Assembly (NCBI GenBank): GCA_950097015.1 | Contig: CATNEN010000001.1 | Location: 2,728,001-2,792,000 of the forward strand | Length of the DNA: 64,000 nt | From: Macrostomum hystrix | Taxonomy: Eukaryota; Animalia; Platyhelminthes | Direction of reading: 5' to 3' | In this document: positions 48,680 through 59,900 of the stretch, piece after piece | Numbering within the stretch: the first letter of the stretch is position 1 | Layout of the letters: each line of letters begins with the position of its first letter | The notes under the pieces: generated by a model | Databases searched by the model: none | What the model saw: the letters and a program-made list of their open reading frames with translations, nothing else | Told to the model about the DNA's origin: nothing | Made by a program: the position numbers and the translations under genes

Positions 48680-50650
48680 CTGGGCAACTGGGCAACATTG
48701 TCAACTGGGCATCATCATCAATAAGGAGTCCTCATCAAATGGGGGATCATTGTCAACTGGGGGATCATTGTCAACTGGGGGATCATTGTCAACTGGGTGA
48801 TCATTGTCAACTGGGGGATCATTGTCAACTGGGGATCATTGTCAACTGGGGGATCATTGTCAACTGTGAGATCATTGTCAACTGGGGGATCATTGTCAAC
48901 TGGGGGATCATTGTCAACTGGGGGATCATTGTCAACTGGGGGATCATCAACAACTGGGGGATCATTGTAAACTGGGGGATCATTGTCAACTGTGGGATCA
49001 TTGTCAACTGGGGGATCATTGTCAACAAGGGGATCATTGTGAACTGGGGGATCATTGTCAACTGGGGATCATTGTCAACTGGGGGAACATTGTCAACTGG
49101 GGGATCATTGTCAACTGGGGGATCATTGTCAACTGGGTGATCATTGTCAACTGGGGGATCATTGTCAACTGAGGGATCATTGTCAACTTGGGAATGATTG
49201 TCAAATGGGTGTTCATTGTCAACTGGGGGATCATTATCAACTGGGGGATCATTGTCAACTTGGGAATGATTGTCAAATGGGTGTTCATTGTCAACTGGGG
49301 GATCATTGTCAACTGTGAGATCATTGTCAACTGGGGGATCATTGTCAACTGGGGGATCATTGTCAACTGGGGGATCATTGTCAACTGGGGGATCATCATC
49401 AACTGGGGGATCATTGTAAACTGGGGGATCATTGTCAACTGTGGGATCATTGTCAACTGGGGGATCATTGTCAACAAGGGGATCATTGTGAACTGGGGGA
49501 TCATTGTCAACTGGGGATCATTGTCAACTGGGGGAACATTGTCAACTGGGGGATCATTGTCAACTGGGGGATCATTGTCAACTGGGTGATCATTGTCAAC
49601 TGGGGGATCATTGTCAACTGAGGGATCATTGTCAACTGGGGTATCATTATCAACTGGGGGATCATTGTCAACTTGGGAATGATTGTCAAATGGGTGTTCA
49701 TTGTCAACTGGGGGATCATTATCAACTGGGGGATCATTGTCAACTTGGGAATGATTGTCAAATGGGTGTTCATTGTCAACTGGGGGATCATTGTCAACTG
49801 GGAGATCATTGTCAACTGGGGGATCATTGTCAACTGGGGGATCATTGTCAACTGGGGTATCATTATCAACTGGGGGATCATTGTCAACTTCGGAATGATT
49901 GTCAACTGGGGGATCATTGTCAACTGGGGGGATCATTGTCAACTGGGGGATCATTGTCAACTGGGTGATCATTGTCAACTTGGGGATCATTGTCATCTGA
50001 GGGATCATTGTCAACCGGGGTATCATTATCAACTGGGGATCATTGTCAACTGGGGGATCATTGTCAACTGGGGGATCATTGTCAACTGGGGGATCATTGT
50101 CAACTGGGTGATCATTGTCAACTGGGGGATCATTGTCAACTGGGGGATCATGGTCAACTTGGGGATCATTGTCAACTGTGAGATCATTGTCAACTGGGTG
50201 ATCATTGTCAACTGGGGGATCATTGTCGACTGGGGGATCATTGTAAACTGGGGGATCATTGTCAACTGTGAGATCATTGTCAACTGGGGGATCATTGTCA
50301 ACTGGGGGATCATTGTCAACTGGGGGATCATTGTCAACTGGGGGATCATCATCAACTGGGGGATCATTGTCAACTGTGGGATCATTGTCATCTGGGGGAT
50401 CATTGTCAACAAGGGGATCATTGTGAACTGGGGGATCATTGTCAACTGGGGATCATTGTCAACTGGGGGTTCATTGTCAACTGGGGGATCATTGTCAACT
50501 GGGGGATCATCAACAACTGGGGGATCATTGTCAACTGGGGATCATTGTCAACTGGGGGTTCATTGTCAACTGGGGGATCATTGTCAACTGGGGGATCATC
50601 ATCAACTGGGGGATCATTGTCAACTGGGGGATCATTGTCAACTGGGGGTT
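48680..50650 (+). repeat. 18-bp satellite array
   Basis: Unit tcaactgggggatcattg, more homogeneous than in copy A. Confidence 0.97.
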
Positions 50651-51114
50651 TATTTTAGCTTTAAAAAGCTGTAAATTCAGCTGCTAAACAGTATATACAA
50701 GACGAATTAAAAATATTTCTGCTCCCCGAAGGGGGGCAAAACATGCTAGGTTGGTTACTTGGTTGTAATTGATTTTCTCCCGAACGGCTCAACCGATTTT
50801 CACCATTTCTTCACCAAAAGATGCCAAATATGGGGACACATATACACGTAATTTTATTAAGCTTAATTCCATTGCCAAGGGGATTAAATATTCGAAAAAC
50901 TGTTTTAGATAGCATTTTTAATGCATTACATCAGAGCCAGTTTTGTCAACGTGCATTTCGCTGCCAATTTTAATGATTGCATCAGGGCCAGTTTCGTTAA
51001 AAGTGAGTACACTGATAAGAATTTCACTGTGTCAAATGTACATAGCTATGTCAACCCCACTGGCGAGACAGTCAGTGCGAATTTATAAATAGATTACATC
51101 ACACCTTTTCTCAC

Positions 51115-51116
<2 letters not shown>

Positions 51117-51146
<30 letters not shown>
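51117..51146. repeat. (GT)15 microsatellite
   Basis: Directly visible. Confidence 0.95.
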
Positions 51147-51149
<3 letters not shown>

Positions 51150-51289
51150 ATTTGAATAGGTAACATGTGCATAGCAGACTTCAATTCAACGATATATTGA
51201 GACATCTACTCCTTTCTTACTACAACATATAAATCATCAAATCTTTAACAAAATTTCAATCGAGAAAAGAGTCCAACAGTTTTTTAAAT

Positions 51290-51940
51290 GTCCAACAGTT
51301 TTTTTAATGTCCTACAGTTTTCTACATGTGTTTACCAGTATTCTAAATGTGTTTACCTGTAGGGCCTATTCTAAATGTGTTTACCAGTATTCTAAAAGTG
51401 TTTACCAGTATTCTAAAAGTGTTTACCAGTATTCTAAATGTGTTTACCAGTATTCTAAAAGTGTTTATTAGTATTCTAAATGTTTTTACCAGTATTCTAA
51501 ATGTTTTTAACAGTATTCTAAATGTGTTTACCAGTATTCTAAAAGTGTTTACCAGTATTCTAAATGTTTTTACCAGTATTCTAAAAGTGTTTACCAGTAT
51601 TCTAAATGTGTTTACCAGTATTCTAAAAGTGTTTACCAGTATTCTAAATGTTTTTACCAGTATTCTAAAAGTGTTTACCAGTATTCTAAATGTGTTTACC
51701 AGTATTCTAAAAGTGTTTACCAGTATTCTAAATGTTTTTACCAGTATTCTAAATGTTTTTACCAGTATTCTAAAAGTGTTTACCAGTATTCTAAAAGTGT
51801 TTACCAGTATTCTAAAAGTGTTTACCAGTATTCTAAAAGTGTTTACCAGTATTCTAAAAGTGTTTACCAGTATTCTAAATGTTTTTACCAGTATTCTAAA
51901 AGTGTTTACCAGTATTCTAAATGTGTTTACCAGTATTCTA
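51290..51940 (+). repeat. 21-bp satellite, left part
   Basis: Unit tgtttaccagtattctaaa(a/t)g. Confidence 0.95.
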
Positions 51941-52374
51941 AGTAGTAGGGGTTATGTGCACTCTGCCGCAGGATTTTCCGCGGAAAAGCCACGGGCCCAG
52001 TGAGTAAACATAGGCGCCCATGTAAATGCATTGGTGGATTCTGCCGCAGGGAAAGCCGTGGCAGTTCCGGGGAGGCCCAGGTGGATTTGCTAAAAATAGA
52101 AACAAGGGAAGTGTACATTACTGACCCACTTTACAAAGCATGCCACAAGTATATTCACTGTTCGCTGTATATTCACGTATATTCACGTTCCGCACAATAA
52201 TTTTAATGCATAGAGACCTGAAATTTCATATCGTGCGTTTCTATGGCTGGAGTAACCTTGGGGTTAGTGAGTGAACATAGTGGCCTATGTAAATGCATTG
52301 GTGGATTCTGCCGCAGGGAAAGCTAATTTAGTTTAATGAAGTTAAAAAGTTTGGCATTTATTAGAAATTTCAGT

Positions 52375-52550
52375 GGGAATTTCTCAAATAATCAATAACA
52401 AATAAGTTTACTCTTATTAGTCATTTGCTGAGTGCCGGTGCACTTGAACTTGAGCGAATTCAGAATTAAGGGAATTCTCAATAATCAATAACAAATAAGT
52501 TTACTACTATTTAGTCATTTGTTGAGTGCCGGTGCGCTTGAACTTGAGCG
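52375..52550. repeat. ~80-bp direct repeat pair just inside the left TIR
   Basis: gggaatt(tt)ctcaa(a)taatcaataacaaataagtttact...gagtgccggtgc.cttgaacttgagcg, twice. Confidence 0.85.
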
Positions 52551-52818
52551 GCTAAAGGTGTGAAGTGGTGATCGCGCACGGGGCCCAGGAGTTGTTGCTT
52601 TGTGGTGAACGAACTATAGAGCATAGGAGAGATAATAAATTATGTCCAAAGTTTCCTGCACAACAACAACATTCAAGGGATAAAGCTGGGATGCTTGTAG
52701 CAGTCGGCAATTTTCTCTGATGTTATCTACTTTGAATTAGTGTATGTACATACACAAGCTGTAAACATATGCGGGAGTGGGGAGGGGTTGGATATAAAGA
52801 CTCGGATTTTCAATAGTA

Positions 52819-53835
52819 ATGTTGTTATTGGGAAATTATTTAAACATGAGCAAGTACCACTGCCCTTCATACATACATGAGGTGTGCATCAATTGCAATA
52901 TTTGCTCACTCGGAAAATTGAGACATCATGTTACGCGCGAAGGCTGTAGTGTCAGTCGCTGGCTCGTTTGCCATGAATGCGATTCAGCTGAGCTTTTTAC
53001 CGTCCGCGGACAAATTCGACGACACAAAAATCATGCTGTTGTCAACTGGGGCTCTGCTGAAGACCTCGAGCGAGCCAGGCAAACTGCATTGGAATCCGCA
53101 CGCCAGCAAGAGGCATTTCAAGCGCTTGAGCGTATTCGCCAGCCTGAGAGCGCTCTTAGTCAGATCATCTCCAACGTCTGTGGCAGATCATCTTCAAACG
53201 ATCATCCTGTTGCTGGTGTTGCTCCCATCCTCGCTGCCGTGCCGGCTTTGCTGCCCGATGCTACAGAAAATCTTCTGGTCGGCAGACAAGCTAACGACAT
53301 CGAAATCGTAAATGCGATCGATGATGAAATCACTGAGCTGGACACCGCATTTATCGATGAGCTTGATTTAGAGGGCCGATTTAATCAACAGGATCGACCC
53401 CAACATCAGGCACTCCAACAGCTGCTGCAGCGGGAGGATTCAGTGCCTCATCATCATCATCAGCAGCACCAGCACCAGCAGCAGACTGGACTGGAGCAGC
53501 ATCAGCAGCAGCTGCCGGAGGAGGAGCAGGAGCAGCATCAACAGCGCCGAGCCATTCCCGCAGTTGCAGGAAAAAATATCGAGCGAGCAAGGATGCTGGC
53601 AGAAACCAACGCCCTAACTGACATTCTCCGTGAGTTAGAGTCTGACTCTGACCCTGCTCCAGTCGCACCACCACCAACAGCGGCGCCGGCACAAGCAGTG
53701 GCTGATCAAGCTCCACCTGTTGTTGAAGGACAGTTGCAACCTATCTGCATTCAATTTGTTCTGCCTAGCAGTATTACTGGTCAATATTGTATTGACTTTG
53801 GGGGAAACTTTCAAATTCGACTTAGCAATTTTTAA
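52819..53835 (+). CDS. Orphan ORF in the mini-Polinton (338 aa, or 329 aa from ATG 52846): Cys/His-rich N-terminus and Q/H/E-rich region
   Basis: Intact ORF; TATAAA at about 52794; AATAAA at about 53932; motifs CINCNIC..RHH..C..CHEC..RRH. Confidence 0.7.
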   Translation: MLLLGNYLNMSKYHCPSYIHEVCINCNICSLGKLRHHVTREGCSVSRWLVCHECDSAELFTVRGQIRRHKNHAVVNWGSAEDLERARQTALESARQQEAFQALERIRQPESALSQIISNVCGRSSSNDHPVAGVAPILAAVPALLPDATENLLVGRQANDIEIVNAIDDEITELDTAFIDELDLEGRFNQQDRPQHQALQQLLQREDSVPHHHHQQHQHQQQTGLEQHQQQLPEEEQEQHQQRRAIPAVAGKNIERARMLAETNALTDILRELESDSDPAPVAPPPTAAPAQAVADQAPPVVEGQLQPICIQFVLPSSITGQYCIDFGGNFQIRLSNF

Positions 53836-55021
53836 TTAAAATCACTACTCTGTTTTTCCATTTAGTCACATTATTATTTAATAATTTCATCTCTTTTGGC
53901 AGTGGCTTTTTAAACGAGGAATAGGACAAACAATAAAATCTACAAAGCTGGTTTAGCACATATCTCTTCCAATTTTGTTTGGCTTCACATTTCAAAATAG
54001 TTTTTTTATAATTAATTAAAAGCCATTATTTTATACAATTATATGTTAATTTGTAGATATTTAACCTGCGCGCTGCTTTTGTGTGTGTTGTAGGTGTAAC
54101 ACCATCTGAGTTACATACATTGAAAATAAATTGACGAGACAGGTTATGGATTAAAAAAAATTTTAAAACACGTTTTTGGATTTCAGATTTTCTTTTGAAA
54201 ATGAAAGGCTGCTTACTTTTTCCGATACGCAGATAATAAAGTGCTAAGAAATAGAGTGTGATAATCATTTGAATAAATATTGTTTCTGATATTTCTTTTA
54301 ACTATATTAGTCACTAGACTTACTATTATTACAATTAAAATAATTATTATTAATAATCTACTTAATAATTTTCTTTCAGCCACTGAAAATAATTCATGAA
54401 TAAGCATGGCCGTCTCAAACGGAGGCTTAAATTCTCTCGAGTCAAGCAATTCAAGCGAGTCATCTTATTCTTCTGATAGATATGGTGAGAATAAGCATTG
54501 TAGTTTTTATTTGATCGCATACTATGTTATACAAGTTTCCGCAATTAGTTTCTTAAAAAACGTATTTTGAAAAGTCGCTACGGTAATTAGAAAAACAAAT
54601 GTTGCATTTGTGTATTATATATAAAGAATTTATAAATTTATGAATATTCTCTGACTAAAATTTACTGATATAAAAAAGCTTTTTCAAATTAGTATTCACC
54701 TGCCTATTCGGGAAATTAATTTGTATAGGACTACTGTAACTGAAAATTGGAGTGCTTTTAATTAGTTAGATGCTCAACTATTACGGGGCTACATAACTTC
54801 CTTCCTTATCCTTTTAATTTACAGGAATCCCATTCCAATCTTCCATCATATCAGCTGCACACGATCATGTCCTTGAAGTACTGCGTTTTTTTCCGACAGT
54901 TCAATGTGATCCGTTCGAATTTCTTCGTGCGACCAAAGAAGCCGTTCGACAAGCGCTTGAAATACGACTAGACTCTTCTGATGGTCAGTCTATTCGCGCA
55001 CAACTCAAGCTCAATGTTCAC

Positions 55022-55786
55022 ATGATCAGACTAGCTGCAACAGATGTTTTGCCTGTTCATGCCGAAATCAAGTATGTCGCGCACCACTTGGTATGTCTCA
55101 ATGACATATGTGAGTTTGAAAACTGGTGGATGCAGCAATTCACTGAACTTGAGCGCAAAATTGATACTTACAATTCCAATGGTAGTGGCTGGGCTGTTAA
55201 TGGTCTGAATCACTTGGATCTGTGCAGTACTCTATCTGATCGGATTCGTTACTATTCCGGTAGATGCAGCGAATTTAATTTGCCTATTGAGCTACTCAAC
55301 AAGAAGGCTCTCATCAACCCTCCCAGCAATGGAAATGACTGTTTCCGTTTTGCCTGCTTGGCCTATCTTCATTGCGATGATCCTGCAGTGAAAAAATCTG
55401 GTCATAGATTAGCAACTTACAAAAACTGGGAGGCAGAAATTGATTTAACAGGCATTAATCTCCCCGTCTCAATTAGCGACCTCGATGAAGTCGAGCAGAG
55501 AAACACTGAAATATGTTTTACCGTTTTAACATGGGAGAATTCGAAGCCTTCAGTGATTCGTCAACCTAGCACTGTATTAGCAACATCGCGAAAGATTGTT
55601 CTACTTATGTTGGTCCAGCCATGTAATCTTCGCAAGGACTCAGCTGAATTGATCTTCACTCTCACCAGGTGCATTGCAATCTTCAACAATCGACATCCAT
55701 CAAGGAGAATATGCCAGAGCCAGAAAGCTTCATGCGCTTCACATCCTGGGAAAAGACGCTGAGTCCTCCTTTTGTTGTCTACGCCG
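55022..55786 (+). pseudogene. N-terminal fragment of a Polinton protein-primed DNA polymerase B
   Basis: NGSGW, LP..L.NKKALIN..N.NDCF..C, LTGINLPV...EQRN, then in another frame MP...RF...K.LSPPFVVYAE (start of the Exo I motif, usually PF.IYADFE), cut off by the TIR. Confidence 0.8.
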
Positions 55787-55989
55787 AGCTTTCCCTGCGG
55801 CAGAATCCACCAATGCATTTACATAGGCCACTATTTTTAGCAAATCCACCTGGGCCTCCCCGGAACTGCCACGGCTTTCCCTGCGGCAGAATCCACCAAT
55901 GCATTTACATGGGCGCCTATGTTTACTCACTGGGCCCGTGGCTTTTCCGCGGAAAATCCTGCGGCAGAGTGCACATAACCCCTACTACT

Positions 55990-56615
55990 ATTCTAAAAGT
56001 GTTTATCAGTATTCTAAATGTTTTTACCAGTATTCTAAATGTTTTTAACAGTATTCTAAATGTTTTTAACAGTATTCTAAATGTTTTTACCAGTATTCTA
56101 AATGTTTTTAACAGTATTCTAAATGTTTTTAACAGTATTCTAAATGTGTTTACCAGTATTCTAAATGTGTTTACCAGTTTTCTAAATGTGTTCACCAGTA
56201 TTCTAAAAGTGTTTACCAGTATTCTAAAAGTGTTTACCAGTATTCTAAATGTTTTTACCAGTATTCTAAAAGTGTTTACCAGTATTCTAAATGTTTTTAA
56301 CAGTATTCTAAATGTGTTTACCAGTATTCTAAAAGTGTTTACCAGTTTTCTAAATGTGTTTACCAGTATTCTAAATGTGTTTACCAGTATTCTAATGTGT
56401 TAAACCGTTTTCTATATGTGTATAACAGTTTTCTAAAACTGGGTCTCTAAATGTTTTCTAAATGTGTATAATTCTAAACGTGTTTAACAGTTTTCTAAAA
56501 GTGTTTAACAGTGTTCTAAATGTGTTTAATTAACCGCTTTCTAAATGTGTTTACCAGTTTTTAAAATGTGTTTTACAGTTCCTAAAATGTGTTTTTATAA
56601 CTGTTTTCTAAATGT
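55990..56615 (+). repeat. 21-bp satellite, right part
   Basis: Same unit and orientation as 51290-51940, degenerating towards the right. Confidence 0.95.
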
Positions 56616-56999
56616 TCTCTGAGGCCACATTGGTTCTCTGCTGGGTATAGTATTCGCATGTACATTAGTACCCTAACCCGCTTTATTTTCAGGCTGGCGC
56701 AGACCAGTGTACATTGTTAGCCCTCTGCCCTGGAATGTGCACACACAGGCCTGGAGAGCCCACACCCGAAATCATAGGTTTTTAAGATTCAGACCCCTTT
56801 CTTCTTTATCGATTTTTCAGTTTTTACCCTGCGTCTTAAGATAAGGGCCGATTCAGCCCCACTGGATGATAAATAGCCTGCAAATTAGTTTGGCTAAAGG
56901 GCGCCTTCTGATTCTTCAGACATCCAAATCACAAACCTTTACCTTTCAAACCTTATCATTCTTTCTCAACTATTTCATTTCACTTCTCATTTCTCAATC

Positions 57000-59900
57000 A
57001 TGGTTCGACGCGGCGCTAGCAGTTTAAAGAAGAGCCGCGATGCCAAGCGACGGCGACAGGCAGAATCCGAGGCAGAGCGGGATGCCCGACTGGAAGAACA
57101 GCGGCAGCGGGACGCTCAGCGCAGAGAGGCTGAGACTGAGGCAGAGTGGGCTGCCCGACTGGAAGAACAGCGGCAGCGGAATGCTCAGCGCAGAGAGGCT
57201 GAGACTGAGGCAGAGTGGGCTGCCCGACTGGAAGAACAGCGGCAGCGGGATGCTCAGCGCAGACATGCTGAGACTGAGGCAGAGTGGGCTGCCCGACTGG
57301 AAGAACAGCGGCAGCGGAATGCTCAGCGCAGAGAGGCTGAGACTGAGGCAGAGTGGGCTGCCCGACTGGAAGCCGATCGGATTCGTCGCCGTGGAGCTGT
57401 GGTTTCTAGGTGAGTTTTATAATAACGTTTTATAACAAGTCTTTATTTTTGTTTTTTTCTGAATTGCCTTTTTAGTATCCATTTTTCTGTAAAATTTAGG
57501 CGGACAACAATTTTTGAGAAATGAATTGTCTTAAAAAGCCAATTAAAGCAGCGGTGCTTACGTTCACTCATTGCCCCTTAGGTCGGACACCCAGCAGCAA
57601 GGTACGGAAGCTATTGTACCCTTTGAGCAGTTGCAGGTAATCCCCATTGTTGGTGATGGCAATTGCTTCTTTTATGCCGTGTGTGATCAGCTGCGTGGAA
57701 CCCCGCTGGAAACTGACGCAGCCTCCTTGCGGCAGGATTTGTCTTGCCGTGTTGCAGAACTCATGCCTCAGTTGGTTGCAGATGGCCTCATTGCACCTGA
57801 GAGTGCTGATGACATTGTGAATTGCTCTTTTCAAACAGGAATTTATGTTTCAGATGAAGTTGCCTCTTTGTTGAGCCGCTGCTTTAATGTGGACCTGGTC
57901 ATTTACCAGGCCAATGGTAATGTTATGCAGTATTTCAGGGCTAATCTGCATCCTCCTAATGCCATTGTGCGGGTGCTCTTGCGCCATGAACATTACGAGT
58001 CACTGAGACTTCGAGAGCCTTTGCAAGCCCTTTCAGATGCAGAGTTTCCAAGCTTGGCAGCAAGCAGAACTCCTGCCAAGAGGGCCAAGAAAGTCAAGTG
58101 CCCGAGAGCAATGCCAGCTCCAAGCTCCCGTTCGGACACTGGAGCACAGACTGTTCGGACACTGGAGCACAGACTGAGCAGCATGCCGAGCCGGTGATGC
58201 CAGAAGCCCCGGCTCATCAATGCGGCCCAATGAACAGCGCCTGTAATGACTGCGGCGCCCTGCTGTGGGCTAAGGAGACGAGAAATTTCTGCTGTGCTAA
58301 GGGCAAGGTGAAGCTGCCCACCCGTTCCGTGCCGCAGGTCCTGGCAGATCTGTACACGGGGCAGCACCGCCTCAGTGCAGAGTTCCTGGCTAACATCAGG
58401 AGCTACAACTCTGTGCTGCACCTGACGTCTCTGGGTGCGAAGCTCAGACTGGTGCCTGGCTGGAGTCCCAGCTTCATCATCAGCGGCCAGCTGCATCACA
58501 ACATGGGGCCGCTGCTTGCCGACACCTCAGCCGTGCCGCATGGCTGGCAGGTGTACTTCATGGACCGCGAGCTGGAAAGCCGCCTGAGCCTCAGCCAGAA
58601 GGTGAAGCCGCAGCTGCTGGAGCTGCTGCAAACTGTACTGCACGAGTGCAACGGCTATGTGCAGAGCCTGCGAGCTGCTGCTCAGCGGATCAGTGGCGAC
58701 CCTGAGCTGGGAGATGCGCGAATTGTGATTCACCCGGACCGAAGACCAGCTGGGGAACACATTCGGTGAGTGAGCTGTGTTATGGAGCTGCTCTTTGGGA
58801 TAAACCTGGGATAAATCTGTTGCATTATGTGAAATACCTGCGGCACCAATTCAATTTCCTGTTCAATCCCAGGCGTTACAATCTCCCTACTGCCAATGAG
58901 GTTGGCATCCTGGTTGTCGGTGGTTCCGAGGACGCACCGACAAGTCGTGACGTTGTGATCCGACTGCGCGGAGGCGAAGTTCAGCGCATTTCCGAGACGC
59001 ACCGGTCCTATGACCCTCTGGAGTACGTGCTGCTGTTCCCGAATGGCGAGGACGGTTGGCACCCGGAGCTGCAGATGGCGAATGGGCGGAAGCTGACGCC
59101 CATGAAGTACTACGCCAGCGAAATCATGGTGAGAGGTGGCCAGTTTAACGTGCTGCATTACAGCAGGCGCCTCTTCCAGCAGTACCTGGTAGACATGGCT
59201 GCCAAGATCGAGTCCGAGAGGCTGCTGTACCTGCGCACTCATCAGAACGATTTGCGCAGCGAGACATACAGCGGCCTACGAGACGCTCTGTTCGCTGCTG
59301 ATGGCAGGAGCACCGAGAGAGACCCCAATGAGATTGGTAAGCCTGCCCATGTGTACCTGTCTTCCAGCTTTGTTGGTGGACCCAGGTACCTGATGGAGCG
59401 ACTGCAGGATGCAATGGCCTACGTGCACAAGTTCGGCAAGCCGGACCTGTTTGTCACAGCCACGTGCAACCCGAAGTGGCCGGAAATCAGCGTGCAGCTG
59501 CTGCCCGGTCAGCGGGCTGAGGACCACCCGGACATTGTGACTCGAGTCTTTGAGCTGAAGAAAAAGGCTCTGCTTGAAGTGCTCAGGAAGCGCTTTGGCA
59601 AGGAGGCTGCGCATGTGTGCTCCTTGGAGTACCAGAAGCGCGGTGAGTGAAAGCAGATTTTCATACAGTATTGACAACCTGGATTAACAAATTCATGGAT
59701 TTTTTGCCAACTCGCCTCAGGCCTTCCCCATGTGCACTTCCTGCTCTGGCTGGCGAACGGGAGTCGAGTCACCCCGGATCGCTACGATGCCATCGTGTCT
59801 GCGGAGATCCCAGACCCACAGCGGCAGCCAGTGCTGCACGAGCTGGTCAAGACCAACATGATCCACGGGCCGTGTGGCGAGCTGAACCCGGCCTGCCCTT

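Larger units (their letters stand above)
44588..50749 (+). mobile_element. Non-autonomous Helitron, copy B
   Basis: Starts TC immediately after the CTAG of copy A; same ~600-bp head; same hairpin and CTAG at 50746-50749. Confidence 0.9.
51941..55989 (+). mobile_element. Miniature non-autonomous Polinton/Maverick (4049 bp)
   Basis: AGTAGT...ACTACT termini; 6-bp TSD attcta (51935-51940 and 55990-55995); long TIRs (51941-52324 and 55787-55989); pPolB-like fragment inside. Confidence 0.88.

Noticed and set aside
43452-50687. Many ORFs such as GDHCQL, WGIIVN and QLTMIP repeats
   Set aside because: Translations of the 18-bp satellite with frequent frameshifting indels.
51347-52003. 218-aa VFTSILK repeat ORF (and 55669-56403)
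   Set aside because: Translation of the 21-bp satellite running across Polinton TIR junctions.
54026-54449. Short minus-strand hydrophobic ORFs in the mini-Polinton
   Set aside because: Very AT-rich low-complexity sequence with non-ATG starts; not enough evidence of coding.
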